DNA of 64,000 nt from an uncultured Rhodospirillaceae bacterium (GTDB lineage: Bacteria > Pseudomonadota > Alphaproteobacteria > UBA9219), in NCBI GenBank assembly GCA_964587125.1, contig CAZPKC010000001.1, forward strand, positions 14,872 to 78,871. The letters are read 5' to 3'. The notes below the pieces were generated by a model. That model worked only from the letters and a program-made list of their open reading frames with translations. It did not search any database and had not been told where the DNA came from. Positions 20,583 to 30,770 of this stretch are shown piece by piece (within the stretch, counting starts at the first letter, position 1; every line of letters starts with the position of its first letter). Position numbers and translations under genes: made by a program.

Positions 20583-20622
20583 GCATTTTCTAAGGACTTG
20601 CTGCGCAAGTTCAAGAAAATGC

Positions 20623-21423
20623 TCACTTTGCTTCTCTGATCATTTTCACGAACGGATCGTGGATTTGGGCGTTGGTAGCGATGAGCTTGCCGCTCAGCAT
20701 CGGGCTTTCGCCTTCCACGATGGGCGAAACAAATCCGCCCGCTTCGCGCACGAGCAAAATGCCAGCGGCGGAATCCCAAGGTCCCAAGCCTTCCTCCCAA
20801 AACGCGTCATAACGCCCCGCCGCAACGTATGCGAGGTCCAGCGCGGCGGCGCCGAAGCGGCGGATGCCCGCCACTTGCGGCATGACAGCTTCCGTTTGCT
20901 TCATGAAATTCGGGCGCTTGTGCATCGCGCCTTTGAAGGGCGCTCCCGATGCGATCAGGCATTCGGAAAAATCTTTCCGCGCCGACACGCGCAGGCGCTT
21001 TTTATCGCTATAGGCGCCCGTGCCTTTTTCGGCCCAAAAGCGCTCGTCCTTGATCGGATCGTAGATGAGAGCCGCGATCAGCTCCCCTGCCCTTTCGGCT
21101 GCGATCGAAATCGCCCAATGGCCGAGGCCATGCAAAAAATTCGTCGTGCCATCGAGAGGATCGACGATCCAACGCTCCGTTTTGGCGGACGTGTCGGCTT
21201 CAGCGTCTTTTTCTTCGCCCAAAAAGCCGAAATCCGGACGCGCCGCGCCCAGAATTTCGCGGATGATTTTCTGCGCGTTGAAATCGGCGTTACTCACGAA
21301 ATCGGACGGCCCTTTGCGCGAGACTTGCAGGTTTTCGACTTCGCCGAAATCTCGGACGAGGCTTTTAGCCGCTTTGTCGGCGGCTTTGAACATGACGTTC
21401 ATCAATGCAGAGCGAATGGGCAT
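20623..21423 (-). CDS. suhB: Inositol monophosphatase family protein
   Basis: FLGEE, WIVDPLDGTTNF and WDSAAG motifs, 266 aa. Confidence 0.85.
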   Translation of the reverse strand: MPIRSALMNVMFKAADKAAKSLVRDFGEVENLQVSRKGPSDFVSNADFNAQKIIREILGAARPDFGFLGEEKDAEADTSAKTERWIVDPLDGTTNFLHGLGHWAISIAAERAGELIAALIYDPIKDERFWAEKGTGAYSDKKRLRVSARKDFSECLIASGAPFKGAMHKRPNFMKQTEAVMPQVAGIRRFGAAALDLAYVAAGRYDAFWEEGLGPWDSAAGILLVREAGGFVSPIVEGESPMLSGKLIATNAQIHDPFVKMIREAK

Positions 21424-21475
21424 GAAAGCCTCCTGTCATAAAAGCGCGTTTTGCCGCCCGGCTTTAGTAAATGTC

Positions 21476-22042
21476 TTAATCGCGGGCGCGTTCGACATAC
21501 GACCCGTCGGTCGTATTCACGACGACGCGTACGCCCGCTCCGATAAAGGGCGGCACCATAATCCGCACGCCGTTCGACAGCTTCGCGGGCTTGTACGACG
21601 ACGATGCCGTTTGTCCCTTCACGACAGGATCGGCTTCGACCACCTCCAGCACGACCGTCTGCGGCAATTCGACCGACAACGCCTTGCCTTCGTAGGTCAT
21701 CACTTTGCAGATCATGCTTTCCTGAAGAAACACCACCGGATCGCCGATGATGTCTTTCGGGATCGTCAATTGCTCGAACGTCGTTTGATCCATAAAGGTG
21801 TAGTCGTCGCCCGCCGAGAACAGGAATTGCATCTCGTGTTCCTGAAGCTGGACGCGCTCGATGGTTTCCTGCGTGCGGAAACGGACGTTTGTTTTAATGC
21901 CCGTCCGGACATCGCGCATTTCGACCTGAATGACCGCGTTGCCCTTGCCGGGAATCATGATTTCGCTTTTTATAACGACCCATAATTTGTTGTTATAATC
22001 GACCACGTGGCCTTTGCGGAGAGTATTGGCATCAACTTGCAT
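21476..22042 (-). CDS. efp: Elongation factor P
   Basis: 188 aa with the PGKGNA loop and a three-domain EF-P layout. Confidence 0.9.
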   Translation of the reverse strand: MQVDANTLRKGHVVDYNNKLWVVIKSEIMIPGKGNAVIQVEMRDVRTGIKTNVRFRTQETIERVQLQEHEMQFLFSAGDDYTFMDQTTFEQLTIPKDIIGDPVVFLQESMICKVMTYEGKALSVELPQTVVLEVVEADPVVKGQTASSSYKPAKLSNGVRIMVPPFIGAGVRVVVNTTDGSYVERARD

Positions 22043-22139
22043 GTTTCACTATAGAGGGTTTGGGGTTGTTTAAGGTCTTGCCAGATAGCATCTGGCGGAG
22101 AAAACCGCAACATTTGCGCGTTTTGCAATTTGTTTAGTC

Positions 22140-22207
22140 GCCCTTCGCCTTGGCCTGACGCGAAGGGCATAAAAAAACCGCCGCGTGGGCAAACCCGCGC
22201 AGCGGCT
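22140..22207 (-). terminator. Rho-independent terminator (two GC-rich hairpins with a U7 tract on the minus-strand transcript)
   Basis: The minus-strand RNA reads GCCGCUGCGCGGG-UUUG-CCCACGCGGCGG followed by UUUUUUU, then a second perfect 9-bp hairpin (GCCCUUCGC/GCGAAGGGC). It lies directly after the 22230 stop. Confidence 0.55.
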
Positions 22208-22229
22208 TTCTTTGTCTTGCAGTACAAAC

Positions 22230-22448
22230 TTACTGAGCTACTGCGGGCGCCGTCGTGGCAGGAGCAGTCGCCTTTTTATGGGCATGCTTCTTCGCGGCGT
22301 GCTTCTTGGTGTGCATAACCTTCGCCTTTGCAGGAGCCGTTGCGGCCGGAGCGGTGCCCGTGGGAGCAGCCATATCCTGAGCCAAAACGGGGCCGGCAAC
22401 CAAAGCGGCAACCAAAGCCGTGACAGCCAAAAGTTTCATCGAACGCAT
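22230..22448 (-). CDS. Small secreted Ala/Lys/His-rich protein (~72 aa)
   Basis: Internal start MRSMKLLAVTALVAALVAGPVLA gives a signal peptide, followed by a low-complexity basic tail. A terminator follows. Confidence 0.4.
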   Translation of the reverse strand: MRSMKLLAVTALVAALVAGPVLAQDMAAPTGTAPAATAPAKAKVMHTKKHAAKKHAHKKATAPATTAPAVAQ

Positions 22449-22738
22449 AGCGGGATCCTTTCCATGGAGTTTTAGATCGGGCTCGGAAGAGCCTCTAGAT
22501 ATAGGTAGCCACAAGAGCATGACAAAATTGAGGCGTCAATCTGTTTTCTTTCCGGCTCTTGGTTCTTTTGGATTCTATCTCAAAAATGCCACAGAGTATG
22601 GCAATAGTAAGGCAGACGGGGACGCTATCGCCGTTTGTTTCTCTTCTTCCGTTTCTTGTAAAAAGTGGATTGCGATTCGATAAGCGCGGAGCTAAAAACA
22701 TCTCTTCGCTTTTTCTCTCAGGCCATCAGGAGTTTTTC

Positions 22739-23422
22739 ATGCCTCGCTTGCCCCGCTTTGTTTTGTCGGCGCTTTTCATAGTGGCCGTTCCCCTCTTCGC
22801 AATTCCATCGTCCGCCTCGGCCGAAGAGGCTCCGCAGGCGACGCGCGGGCACGATCAGGCGATCCAGACTCCCGCCGGAAAATTCATTCAGAACCTTGGC
22901 GACCGCGCGATCAAGATCATCGCGAACAAGCAAATTACCGCCAGCCAGCGCTCCGCCGAATTCAGCAAAATCCTGAGCGAGGACTTCGATTTGAGGACCA
23001 TCGGCCGTTTCGTGATCGGCCGCACGTGGAACGAAGCCACGCCCGCGCAGCAAGCCGACTACATGGATGCGTTCAAAGCTTTAGTCATCCGCAATTACGG
23101 CAACCGCATGACGCTGTACACGGGCGAAGGGTTTGTCGTCGTCGGAACACGCACGGAATCGGATATGGACACGATCGTACTGAGCCAGATTACGCATCCC
23201 GACGGATCGGAACCCACGACCATCGATTGGCGCGTGCGCCTGAAGGACGGCAAGATGGGCGTGATCGACGTCGTCGTTGAAGGCGTCAGCCTAAGCGTAA
23301 CGCAGAAGCAGGAATATGCCGCCGTCATCCAGAACAACGGCGGAAAGATCGACGGCTTGCTTAAATTGATGCACGAGCAGCTGAAGGAACCCGCTTCCTC
23401 GACCATGAGCGATTCAAAATAG
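22739..23422 (+). CDS. mlaC: MlaC/Ttg2D-family phospholipid-binding periplasmic protein
   Basis: Signal peptide. The segment IDWRVRLKDGKMGVIDVVVEGVSLSVTQKQEY matches the MlaC C-terminal signature by eye. No mlaDEF partners lie adjacent. Confidence 0.75.
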   Translation: MPRLPRFVLSALFIVAVPLFAIPSSASAEEAPQATRGHDQAIQTPAGKFIQNLGDRAIKIIANKQITASQRSAEFSKILSEDFDLRTIGRFVIGRTWNEATPAQQADYMDAFKALVIRNYGNRMTLYTGEGFVVVGTRTESDMDTIVLSQITHPDGSEPTTIDWRVRLKDGKMGVIDVVVEGVSLSVTQKQEYAAVIQNNGGKIDGLLKLMHEQLKEPASSTMSDSK

Positions 23423-23580
23423 ATCGCGTTCGTCCGATTTAATCTCCCGTTACTTTTTGCCTTCGTTTACAGGGATCAGGCATTGGAACGCCGCGTTTAT
23501 GGTTAACGTTTTTTCGAAATAAGGACTGTTTTCCTTGCGTTTTCGTGATATAGAAAAAAGCATAAGGTTATTTATTTTCA

Positions 23581-24972
23581 TTGGTGATTTTTATGTCTCG
23601 TCTTTTTTCCGGACGCCTTGTCAGCAACGACTCGCCCGATCGCGGCGATATCGATCTCCCTCAGCTTCATTCCCTTGTCGAGCGCGTCGGGGTCGTCGGC
23701 CCGTTCGCCTCCCGCGACAAAGTGGCTCAGGCCAAGAATGAACTCCAAGACGATATCATGGATCGCCTCAATACCTCGGTCGCGGCAAGAATGTCGCGCG
23801 AAGGCCTGTCGCGCGATTTAATGGAGCTTGTCGTCGAACTTCTGGCAAAAAAGAAAATTTATCTCAACACCCCCGAACGCCACGAGTTGATCAAGCAGCT
23901 TTTGGCCGACATGATGGGGCTTGGGCCTTTGGAGCCTCTTCTGGCGGATGATTCCGTTTCGGAAATCATGGTCAATGGCCCTACCCGCGTTTTTATCGAA
24001 CGGGCCGGCAAGATCGAGCTTTCCGACGCCTCCTTCCGCGACCACGCCCATATTCTGGCTATCGCGACGCGCATCGTTTCCGCCGTCGGACGCCGCGTCG
24101 ACGAAAGCTCGCCGGTTTGCGACGCGCGTTTGGCGGATGGAAGCCGCGTCAACATCATTCTCCCGCCGCTCGCGCTTGACGGGCCGACGATTACCATCCG
24201 GAAATTCGCCAAAAAGAAGATTATGCTCGATACCATGGTGGAGCTTGAAAGTTTGTCGCTTCCCATGGCCAGAATGCTGCAAATTTTCGCTAAAAGCCGC
24301 GTAAATCTTTTGATTTCCGGCGGCACAGGCTCCGGCAAGACGACTCTTTTAAATGCCTTGTCCCAGATGATCGACGACAAGGAGCGCATCGTCACGATCG
24401 AAGACGCCGCCGAATTGCAGTTGCAGCAATCGCACGTCGTTCGCCTTGAAACACGCCCGCCCAATCTGGAAGGCCGCGGCGAAGTCACAATGCGCGATCT
24501 TTTGAAAAACGCGCTGCGCATGCGCCCCGACCGCATCGTCGTCGGCGAAACGCGCGGCGGGGAAGCTATCGATATGCTTCAAGCGATGAACACGGGACAC
24601 GACGGTTCGCTTTCGACCATTCACGCCAACCGCCCGCCGGAAGCGCTGATGCGACTTGAAAATATGGTGGGGTTGGCGACGCCCAATCTGTCGCCGATTG
24701 CCATCCGCCAGCAAATCGCGTCCGCCGTCGATATCATAATTCAGGTATGCCGCATGAGGGACGGATCGCGCCGTATCACTCACATTTCTGAAATCGTCGG
24801 CATGGACGGCGCTGCGATTGGGATGCAGGATTTGTTCACGACCGACGTTCTTGGCGAGGACACAGGCGGCCGATTGAAGGTCAATTTCAGAAAAACGGGA
24901 TTTCCGCGGCGGTGTTTGCCCAAGGTCGATTATTTCGGGCTCGACAAGCAACTGCTGGAAGCGCTGGGATAA
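23581..24972 (+). CDS. cpaF: Tad/Flp pilus assembly ATPase CpaF (TadA, VirB11-like secretion ATPase)
   Basis: Walker A GGTGSGKTTLLNAL, Asp box, Walker B, His box (TGHDGSLSTIHAN), 463 aa. No other tad/cpa genes lie adjacent. Confidence 0.85.
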   Translation: MVIFMSRLFSGRLVSNDSPDRGDIDLPQLHSLVERVGVVGPFASRDKVAQAKNELQDDIMDRLNTSVAARMSREGLSRDLMELVVELLAKKKIYLNTPERHELIKQLLADMMGLGPLEPLLADDSVSEIMVNGPTRVFIERAGKIELSDASFRDHAHILAIATRIVSAVGRRVDESSPVCDARLADGSRVNIILPPLALDGPTITIRKFAKKKIMLDTMVELESLSLPMARMLQIFAKSRVNLLISGGTGSGKTTLLNALSQMIDDKERIVTIEDAAELQLQQSHVVRLETRPPNLEGRGEVTMRDLLKNALRMRPDRIVVGETRGGEAIDMLQAMNTGHDGSLSTIHANRPPEALMRLENMVGLATPNLSPIAIRQQIASAVDIIIQVCRMRDGSRRITHISEIVGMDGAAIGMQDLFTTDVLGEDTGGRLKVNFRKTGFPRRCLPKVDYFGLDKQLLEALG

Positions 24973-25005
24973 ATTCCCGCGTTCCAGCCGCCCACGCGGG
25001 CGAAT

Positions 25006-25566
25006 TTATTGCACGACGGAAAGGTACGCAAGTTGCTCCAGCACCTCGTAGTGGTTTTCCAGATTGTTTATCGGAAATTTCGATTTTTCAATTTCCGAAC
25101 ACACTCCCTGAACTATCTTCACTTCCATTTTCAGATAGTTGCACATATTTTCCATGTCGCGCAGCATGAAGTAACGTTCGACATGGACGCAGATACGCAA
25201 GCTCAGTTCGGCCATATCGAGGGGCTTCGTCAAAAAATCGTCCGCGCCGCAGGACAAGGCGCGCAAGCGGGACTGCCGATCCTCTAATGCCGTCTGAACG
25301 ATGATCGGTATTTTGGGCAAGGAAGCGTCTTTGCGGATCGTTTCGCAATAACCAAAACCGTCGAGATTCGGCATATTCAAATCGAGGATCACAAGATCTG
25401 GGCAAAGGTTATAGGTTTTTTGAACGGCTTCGGCCCCGTCATCCGCTGTGACGATCCTGCTAAATCCGACTTTTTTAAGAGCTATCGAGATAAGTCGGCG
25501 ATCGAAAAGGCTATCGTCCACGACAAGGATGCGTGCGCAGGAAAATTTGGTTACGTTACCAGCCAT
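25006..25566 (-). CDS. Response regulator receiver-domain protein with ~60-aa C-terminal extension
   Basis: ILVVDDS, phospho-acceptor DLNMP and a conserved K (TKP) of a CheY-like receiver. No DNA-binding output domain recognised. Confidence 0.7.
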   Translation of the reverse strand: MAGNVTKFSCARILVVDDSLFDRRLISIALKKVGFSRIVTADDGAEAVQKTYNLCPDLVILDLNMPNLDGFGYCETIRKDASLPKIPIIVQTALEDRQSRLRALSCGADDFLTKPLDMAELSLRICVHVERYFMLRDMENMCNYLKMEVKIVQGVCSEIEKSKFPINNLENHYEVLEQLAYLSVVQ

Positions 25567-25827
25567 GATCCAATCTCCCGTTAAAGTTGATGCTAGCGCA
25601 TATAATTATCCTAAAAGTGTTTTAAACAATAGATAAAAAATAGTTCAAAAAATCCTTCTATTACTTATACATTGTACTTGAGAATGGTAAAAATATATAT
25701 AAAATCAATGGTTTATAAATAATTAATTTATTTATATGTGGTAAATTTTTTCCACAAAGGCTAATGAGCATTATTTTTTAAATCACAACTATGGGGTGAG
25801 TAAGGTAAACGGCCCGTTTTAGGATAT

Positions 25828-26454
25828 TTATTGGCGGCTGCGTTCCCCGAGGTCGTATAACAAGCTGGAATCACGCATAGAATATGTGCAGCCGCAATAT
25901 TTTTGGCGATAAAACCCCTCGCGCTTGGCTATTTCATACATACGGGAAGAACCACCGCATTTGCGCCAATCATAATCCCAATAGTTAACATCCTTATATC
26001 TTGCTGCGGCAGAATGGCCGCTGGCGTTAACCTGATCCATGTTTTTCCATCTGGAAATGCCGAAACAGGACGTGAGAAGCGGAAACCCGTTTTCATGGGC
26101 AAAAAGAGCCGAGCGCTCCAAACGCAAGTCGAAACATTTGGAACAGCGCTTGCCGCGCTCTGGCTCTCTCTCAAGGCCGCAGACGCAGGCGAACCACGTA
26201 TCGGGATCGTAATCGGCGTCGACAAAAGGGATTCCCATCCTAAGGGCAAAACGCGCGTTTTCTTCTTTGCGCCTTTCGTATTCTTCGTAAGGGTGAATGT
26301 TGGGATTGTAGAAAAAAACCGTGAAATCGATTTTCGAAGCGTGAAGCGCTTCGATAACTTCGCCCGAACACGGCGCGCAGCAGCTGTGAAGCAGGATCCT
26401 GCCGATGCCTTCGGGGATAAGAAGTTTTGCGCGTTCCGTCATGACAGGCGTCAT
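25828..26454 (-). CDS. queH: Epoxyqueuosine reductase QueH (DUF208)
   Basis: [10 protein letters not shown] and additional conserved Cys residues, 208 aa. Confidence 0.75.
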   Translation of the reverse strand: MTPVMTERAKLLIPEGIGRILLHSCCAPCSGEVIEALHASKIDFTVFFYNPNIHPYEEYERRKEENARFALRMGIPFVDADYDPDTWFACVCGLEREPERGKRCSKCFDLRLERSALFAHENGFPLLTSCFGISRWKNMDQVNASGHSAAARYKDVNYWDYDWRKCGGSSRMYEIAKREGFYRQKYCGCTYSMRDSSLLYDLGERSRQ

Positions 26455-26573
26455 TATTCAGCTTTGTGGATCGGAAAACAACAGGCCTTTTCCTTTGGCT
26501 TTTCATGGGCTATGTATAGCGCGCAAATTTCCCGACTTTCATGCCCCTCTGAAAAAAAAGGGTTTCGCAATCT

Positions 26574-27734
26574 ATGTCCCCCGATAAGAAATTTTCTTGC
26601 CGCAGTTTCCGTGGCGCAAACGGAGACGCCGAACATTATATATCGATCACCGCTCCGGAAAGCCTCCTTTTCGAGGAGCAGTTGGCCTATGTACACGCGC
26701 GCCATGTTGAAGCGTTGCAGGCGTTGGGATTGAAGCCGGAAACGGCCGTATTTAAACGCGTCTTTGTCAGCGATGCGATCAATCAGGCGGGAGCGCTATA
26801 CAAAAGTCCCTTGTTTGTCGAGTCCAAAGAAAATCCCACGGCGCTTTCCCTTGTGCAGCAGCCGCCCCTGCCCTCTTCGAAAATCGCACTTTTGGCCTAT
26901 CACATCGAAAGCAAGACGCCATTCAAGAAAAAACGCCTGTCGGGACATCATCTGCTGATCGAAAAAGGAGGCTTGCGCCATTTGTGGAGCACGCATATGT
27001 GCTGCAACTCGTATGCGGCGTCATCGACCGAGGAAGTGCAGACACGCGAGGTCTTCCGCGACCTCACCGGCACGCTGGAACGCTTCGGTTGCACGATGAA
27101 AGACCATTGCGTCCGGACGTGGCTGTTCATCAAGGATGTCGATGTTTTTTATCGCGGCATGGTCAAAAGCCGCCGCGAGCTTTTCATTCAGGAAGGCCTG
27201 ACGGAGAACACGCATTACATCGCCTCGACCGGCATCGAGGGAAGCTGCGACCATCAGTTCGATCTGGTTTTGATGGACGCCTATTCGATCCTCGATCTCG
27301 ATCCGGCGCAGGTTTTTTATCTCAACGATTTCGACCACCTGTGTCCGACAAAAGATTATCAGGTCACGTTCGAGCGCGGCACGCGCATTTCCTACGCCGA
27401 TCGCGCCCACTCTTTCATTTCGGGAACGGCCAGCATCGACCGCTTCGGAAAAACCGTCCATCTGGGCGACGTGATGAAGCAATTGGAGCTGACGTTGGTT
27501 AACATCGACGCCCTTTTGAAATCGGGGAACGCAGCGATTGATGATATGATGTGCATGATCGTTTATTTGCGCGACTCCGCCGATTACGCGCGCGTGAGTG
27601 CCCGTTTGAGCGAGAGGTTCCCCGACATTCCTATGGTTATTGTCGAAGGCGCGGTTTGCCGCCCCGAATGGCTGATCGAAATCGAAGGCATCGCCATCAA
27701 GGCGAACGACGATCCGAAGATGCCGTCCTTCTAG
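26574..27734 (+). CDS. Tandem RidA/YjgF-fold protein, chorismatase (FkbO/Hyg5/XanB2)-like
   Basis: Two RidA-like halves (RTWLFIKDVDVFY... and MIVYLRDSADY...EWLIEIEGIAI), 386 aa. Assignment to the chorismatase family rests on fold and size only. Confidence 0.4.
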   Translation: MSPDKKFSCRSFRGANGDAEHYISITAPESLLFEEQLAYVHARHVEALQALGLKPETAVFKRVFVSDAINQAGALYKSPLFVESKENPTALSLVQQPPLPSSKIALLAYHIESKTPFKKKRLSGHHLLIEKGGLRHLWSTHMCCNSYAASSTEEVQTREVFRDLTGTLERFGCTMKDHCVRTWLFIKDVDVFYRGMVKSRRELFIQEGLTENTHYIASTGIEGSCDHQFDLVLMDAYSILDLDPAQVFYLNDFDHLCPTKDYQVTFERGTRISYADRAHSFISGTASIDRFGKTVHLGDVMKQLELTLVNIDALLKSGNAAIDDMMCMIVYLRDSADYARVSARLSERFPDIPMVIVEGAVCRPEWLIEIEGIAIKANDDPKMPSF

Positions 27735-27802
27735 GGACCAAACTTGACTTCGCGCCGCTTACCGCCGAATATTCTGCCCACTTAAGGAAAAGGATCAAAA
27801 AA

Positions 27803-28543
27803 ATGCAGACTAACGAAGCCTCATTCACCTATCTCGACGAAGCCGCCATCGACGCCGCCGAGTTGAAAACGACCCCTTACGAATGGGCCTATCTTCCCAA
27901 TGCCATTCCCAACCGTTTTTTGGATCAGGTTCTGGCCGACGCACCTAAAATTCCCGACCGCGGCAGCTATGGGCTTCCCGATCTTAAATACGGCCCCGAA
28001 TTCGCGGGCGTCGTCAAGGAGCTTTTGAGCGACCGCTTCCGTCATCTGGTCGAGAGAAAATTCCATATGGATTTAAGCAAGAATCCCCCCGTCATCGTGA
28101 TGATGGGAAACACGTCGGGCAAATATAACGAAGGCTACGCCCATCCGGATTCCAGACACAAAATCGTCACGGTCATCGTCGGATTCACGCGCGAATGGCC
28201 CTATGAGCATGGACGTCTGCGCGTTTTGAACGGCCCCGACCGCAACGATTACGCCTTCGAATTCGCGCCCGAATTCGGCTGCATGTGGATGTTCAAGGTT
28301 TCGGACAAATCGTGGCATGGGTTTCTTCCGCAAAAAGGGCCGCGCATGAGTCTCCAATTGTGCTATTGCGATTCCGAGGCTTACGTAAAAAGCGAATACC
28401 GCCGCCATCGCCTGAGCGCTTTCGTCAAGTCGATCCCGTTCCTTTCCAAGCTTATCAGCCTGATGCCGCGGCAAAATCCGAGCGTGAAGGCCATGAAGAA
28501 AATGGGAGCCTGCGGCTGCCAATCTCATTCCAAAAAGGACTAA
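27803..28543 (+). CDS. 2OG-Fe(II) oxygenase-like protein, paralog A
   Basis: HxD..H iron triad candidates (YAHPDSRH ... SWHGF). The ATG at 27803 has AAGGAAAAGGA upstream. Similar in layout to the next gene. Confidence 0.45.
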   Translation: MQTNEASFTYLDEAAIDAAELKTTPYEWAYLPNAIPNRFLDQVLADAPKIPDRGSYGLPDLKYGPEFAGVVKELLSDRFRHLVERKFHMDLSKNPPVIVMMGNTSGKYNEGYAHPDSRHKIVTVIVGFTREWPYEHGRLRVLNGPDRNDYAFEFAPEFGCMWMFKVSDKSWHGFLPQKGPRMSLQLCYCDSEAYVKSEYRRHRLSAFVKSIPFLSKLISLMPRQNPSVKAMKKMGACGCQSHSKKD

Positions 28544-28547
28544 TCCG

Positions 28548-29231
28548 ATGGGCATTTTCGATCTTCCCAAGCCTGCCGAAATGGCGGCGCACTTTTGCGC
28601 TTCGCTCGCATCTTGCCGCCGCGACGAGAATCCCTATACCCACTGGACCCTCAAGAATGCGCTGCCGGAAAATATCGCCGCGAACATCATGATGTTGCCG
28701 ATCAGGCCGCCTTTGATCGACGAATGCGGGGGCGTGCGCGATTTGGGCGACAATAATAACAAGCGCATTTTCTTTACGCCGAAGCTTCAGGCCGATTTTC
28801 CGGTTTGTTCGGTTTTTTCGGAAGCCCTGCAACGTCCGGAAGTCGCGCGCCTGTGCGCCAAGACTTTTGAAATCGAAGTTGAAGGCGGCTATTTGCGCAC
28901 CGAATACATTCAGGATACGGACGGCGCGTGGCTGGAACCGCATCATGACATTCCCGAAAAATTATTTTCGATGGTCATTTACCTGACTACTGGCCCCGAA
29001 GCCAAAGGATGGGGCACGGACATTTACGATCACGACAGGAAGTGGTGCGGCCGCGCTTCGGCGGAGTTCAATTCCGCCGTCGTTTTTGTGGCAGGCGAAC
29101 ACACATGGCACGGTTTCGACAAGCGCCCGATCATCGGTGTGCGGCGGTTGATGGAAATCAACTACGTCAGACCAAGCTGGCGCGACAGGGATCAACTTTC
29201 GTTCCCGGACAGACCTATCAAGACAAAGTAG
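28548..29231 (+). CDS. 2OG-Fe(II) oxygenase-like protein, paralog B
   Basis: PHHDIPEKLFSMVIYL ... TWHGF parallels paralog A (a block LPxxIxxxxL... then HxD then WHGF). It is a tandem duplicate 4 nt after gene A. Confidence 0.45.
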   Translation: MGIFDLPKPAEMAAHFCASLASCRRDENPYTHWTLKNALPENIAANIMMLPIRPPLIDECGGVRDLGDNNNKRIFFTPKLQADFPVCSVFSEALQRPEVARLCAKTFEIEVEGGYLRTEYIQDTDGAWLEPHHDIPEKLFSMVIYLTTGPEAKGWGTDIYDHDRKWCGRASAEFNSAVVFVAGEHTWHGFDKRPIIGVRRLMEINYVRPSWRDRDQLSFPDRPIKTK

Positions 29232-29369
29232 CTTCGTTCGTAGTTAACAAAAACGGCCTTCGCCGCGGCGAATAGGGTTAACGCGTAAATTATTTTCCTT
29301 GTCCTTCTCATTGTTGTGATAAGAAGGTAGGTTATGTGTTGATCTCTTTTTCAGCGGAGGCTTTTTATT

Positions 29370-30038
29370 ATGTCGATAGCAGAACTTTCGCCCGCGTATC
29401 CCGACAATACTATGGATTGGAGCGGAATCCTCACCCTTCAAAAATCCGGACGCAATACCGCCGCTTGTCTGCAGACGATCCTTTATAGAAACTTGCTCGG
29501 TTCGTACGACCGCGGGACTTTGGATATCTTATTCGCGGAACCGAACAGGGATAGAGACAGCCATGTTTTTGCTTATCGCGCAGCGACGGCTGAATTGACA
29601 AAGCAAGCTTTCGATGACACCGTTCATGTATTGTTTTTGGAAGACCGCGCTAATGCGCTTTTCAAAAAGTACGCGCCGAATCTCACGGCCCGTTACTACC
29701 CGTTCAGTATAAAAGGTAAAGAAAGTAACATCTGGTCATGGACCAATTTTATCTCCGAGACCGTAGGGGAAAACAAAGATACCTTGGTCAGATATGACGG
29801 AGGGAAAATTCATATGACGGACAATATACTCAACCACAACGGGAAATATACCGGCCTTATTGAGCGCTATCGTTGGAACGACGACAAAGCTACGATTATT
29901 TGTCCCTCTGAGCCTCCGACGCGCACGTTCGTCACCAAGCAAGCCTTTATATCGGCTATATCGGACAAATATGAAACGGGAATTCTCGTTATCAGCAACA
30001 GTGATTTTGGCAATAGTTTTCCGCAGCCTTGTTTTTAA
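29370..30038 (+). CDS. Hypothetical protein (222 aa)
   Basis: ORF with an RBS-like GGAGG upstream. Lower GC. No recognisable domain. Confidence 0.45.
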   Translation: MSIAELSPAYPDNTMDWSGILTLQKSGRNTAACLQTILYRNLLGSYDRGTLDILFAEPNRDRDSHVFAYRAATAELTKQAFDDTVHVLFLEDRANALFKKYAPNLTARYYPFSIKGKESNIWSWTNFISETVGENKDTLVRYDGGKIHMTDNILNHNGKYTGLIERYRWNDDKATIICPSEPPTRTFVTKQAFISAISDKYETGILVISNSDFGNSFPQPCF

Positions 30039-30179
30039 CCTTATTTGTCCACCGCCCCCTCTGGTGGAAACAAAATAAGCTTTTTATGGTTAACGCGCAC
30101 TCGTTGAAAGTATTTTACCGCCTTGTTTGCCACTCTTCTGCCGTGATAAAAACGGGATTATTGAAAGAAATTATATTCT

Positions 30180-30704
30180 ATGGAGTTTTTTATTATGGTG
30201 ATGGTTACACTTCTTCCGAAATACGACGAGATCGAAAATTCCACGAACGTCGTGTACGACTGCGTCAATCTGATTCTCAAGAGAAACGGCTTAAAACCGC
30301 TCGACGAGATTTTTCCCTCTGGAGCTCCGAAGAACCTTTTCAAAGAAACCGTTTCCGTTGTGAAGCTGGCGGAAGACATCAACAAGCTGTTCAAAAAGCA
30401 TTCTATCGCTCTTACGGCAAAGGCCGATGAAAACCTCGCCATTTACGAATGCGCTTATTTCACGGATCGCATATACAGCGGGTTCGACATGTTGATCAAG
30501 TATTCGAGCCGTCAGGGAAATTTTAAATCCGAGCGTACTTATTGGAGCTTGGTTAAGGCTTACGATACTGTGGACGAGCAAATATCGGTTTTGGTTCCCG
30601 CGATGAGCAAAAAAACGCAGGAGAAGTATCTTCGCATCGGAACCAGGATCAACAACGCCACGGCAAACCCCGGCTATGGCGCGATCACTTTCTGCTTAGC
30701 TTAG
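30180..30704 (+). CDS. Hypothetical protein (174 aa)
   Basis: ORF in the low-GC stretch. No recognisable domain. Confidence 0.4.
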   Translation: MEFFIMVMVTLLPKYDEIENSTNVVYDCVNLILKRNGLKPLDEIFPSGAPKNLFKETVSVVKLAEDINKLFKKHSIALTAKADENLAIYECAYFTDRIYSGFDMLIKYSSRQGNFKSERTYWSLVKAYDTVDEQISVLVPAMSKKTQEKYLRIGTRINNATANPGYGAITFCLA

Positions 30705-30770
30705 GCCTTATTTGCCTCGTTGCCTGTCTCGTGGTAGGCAAGATGCTTGTCACAACGAGTATAAAAACCG

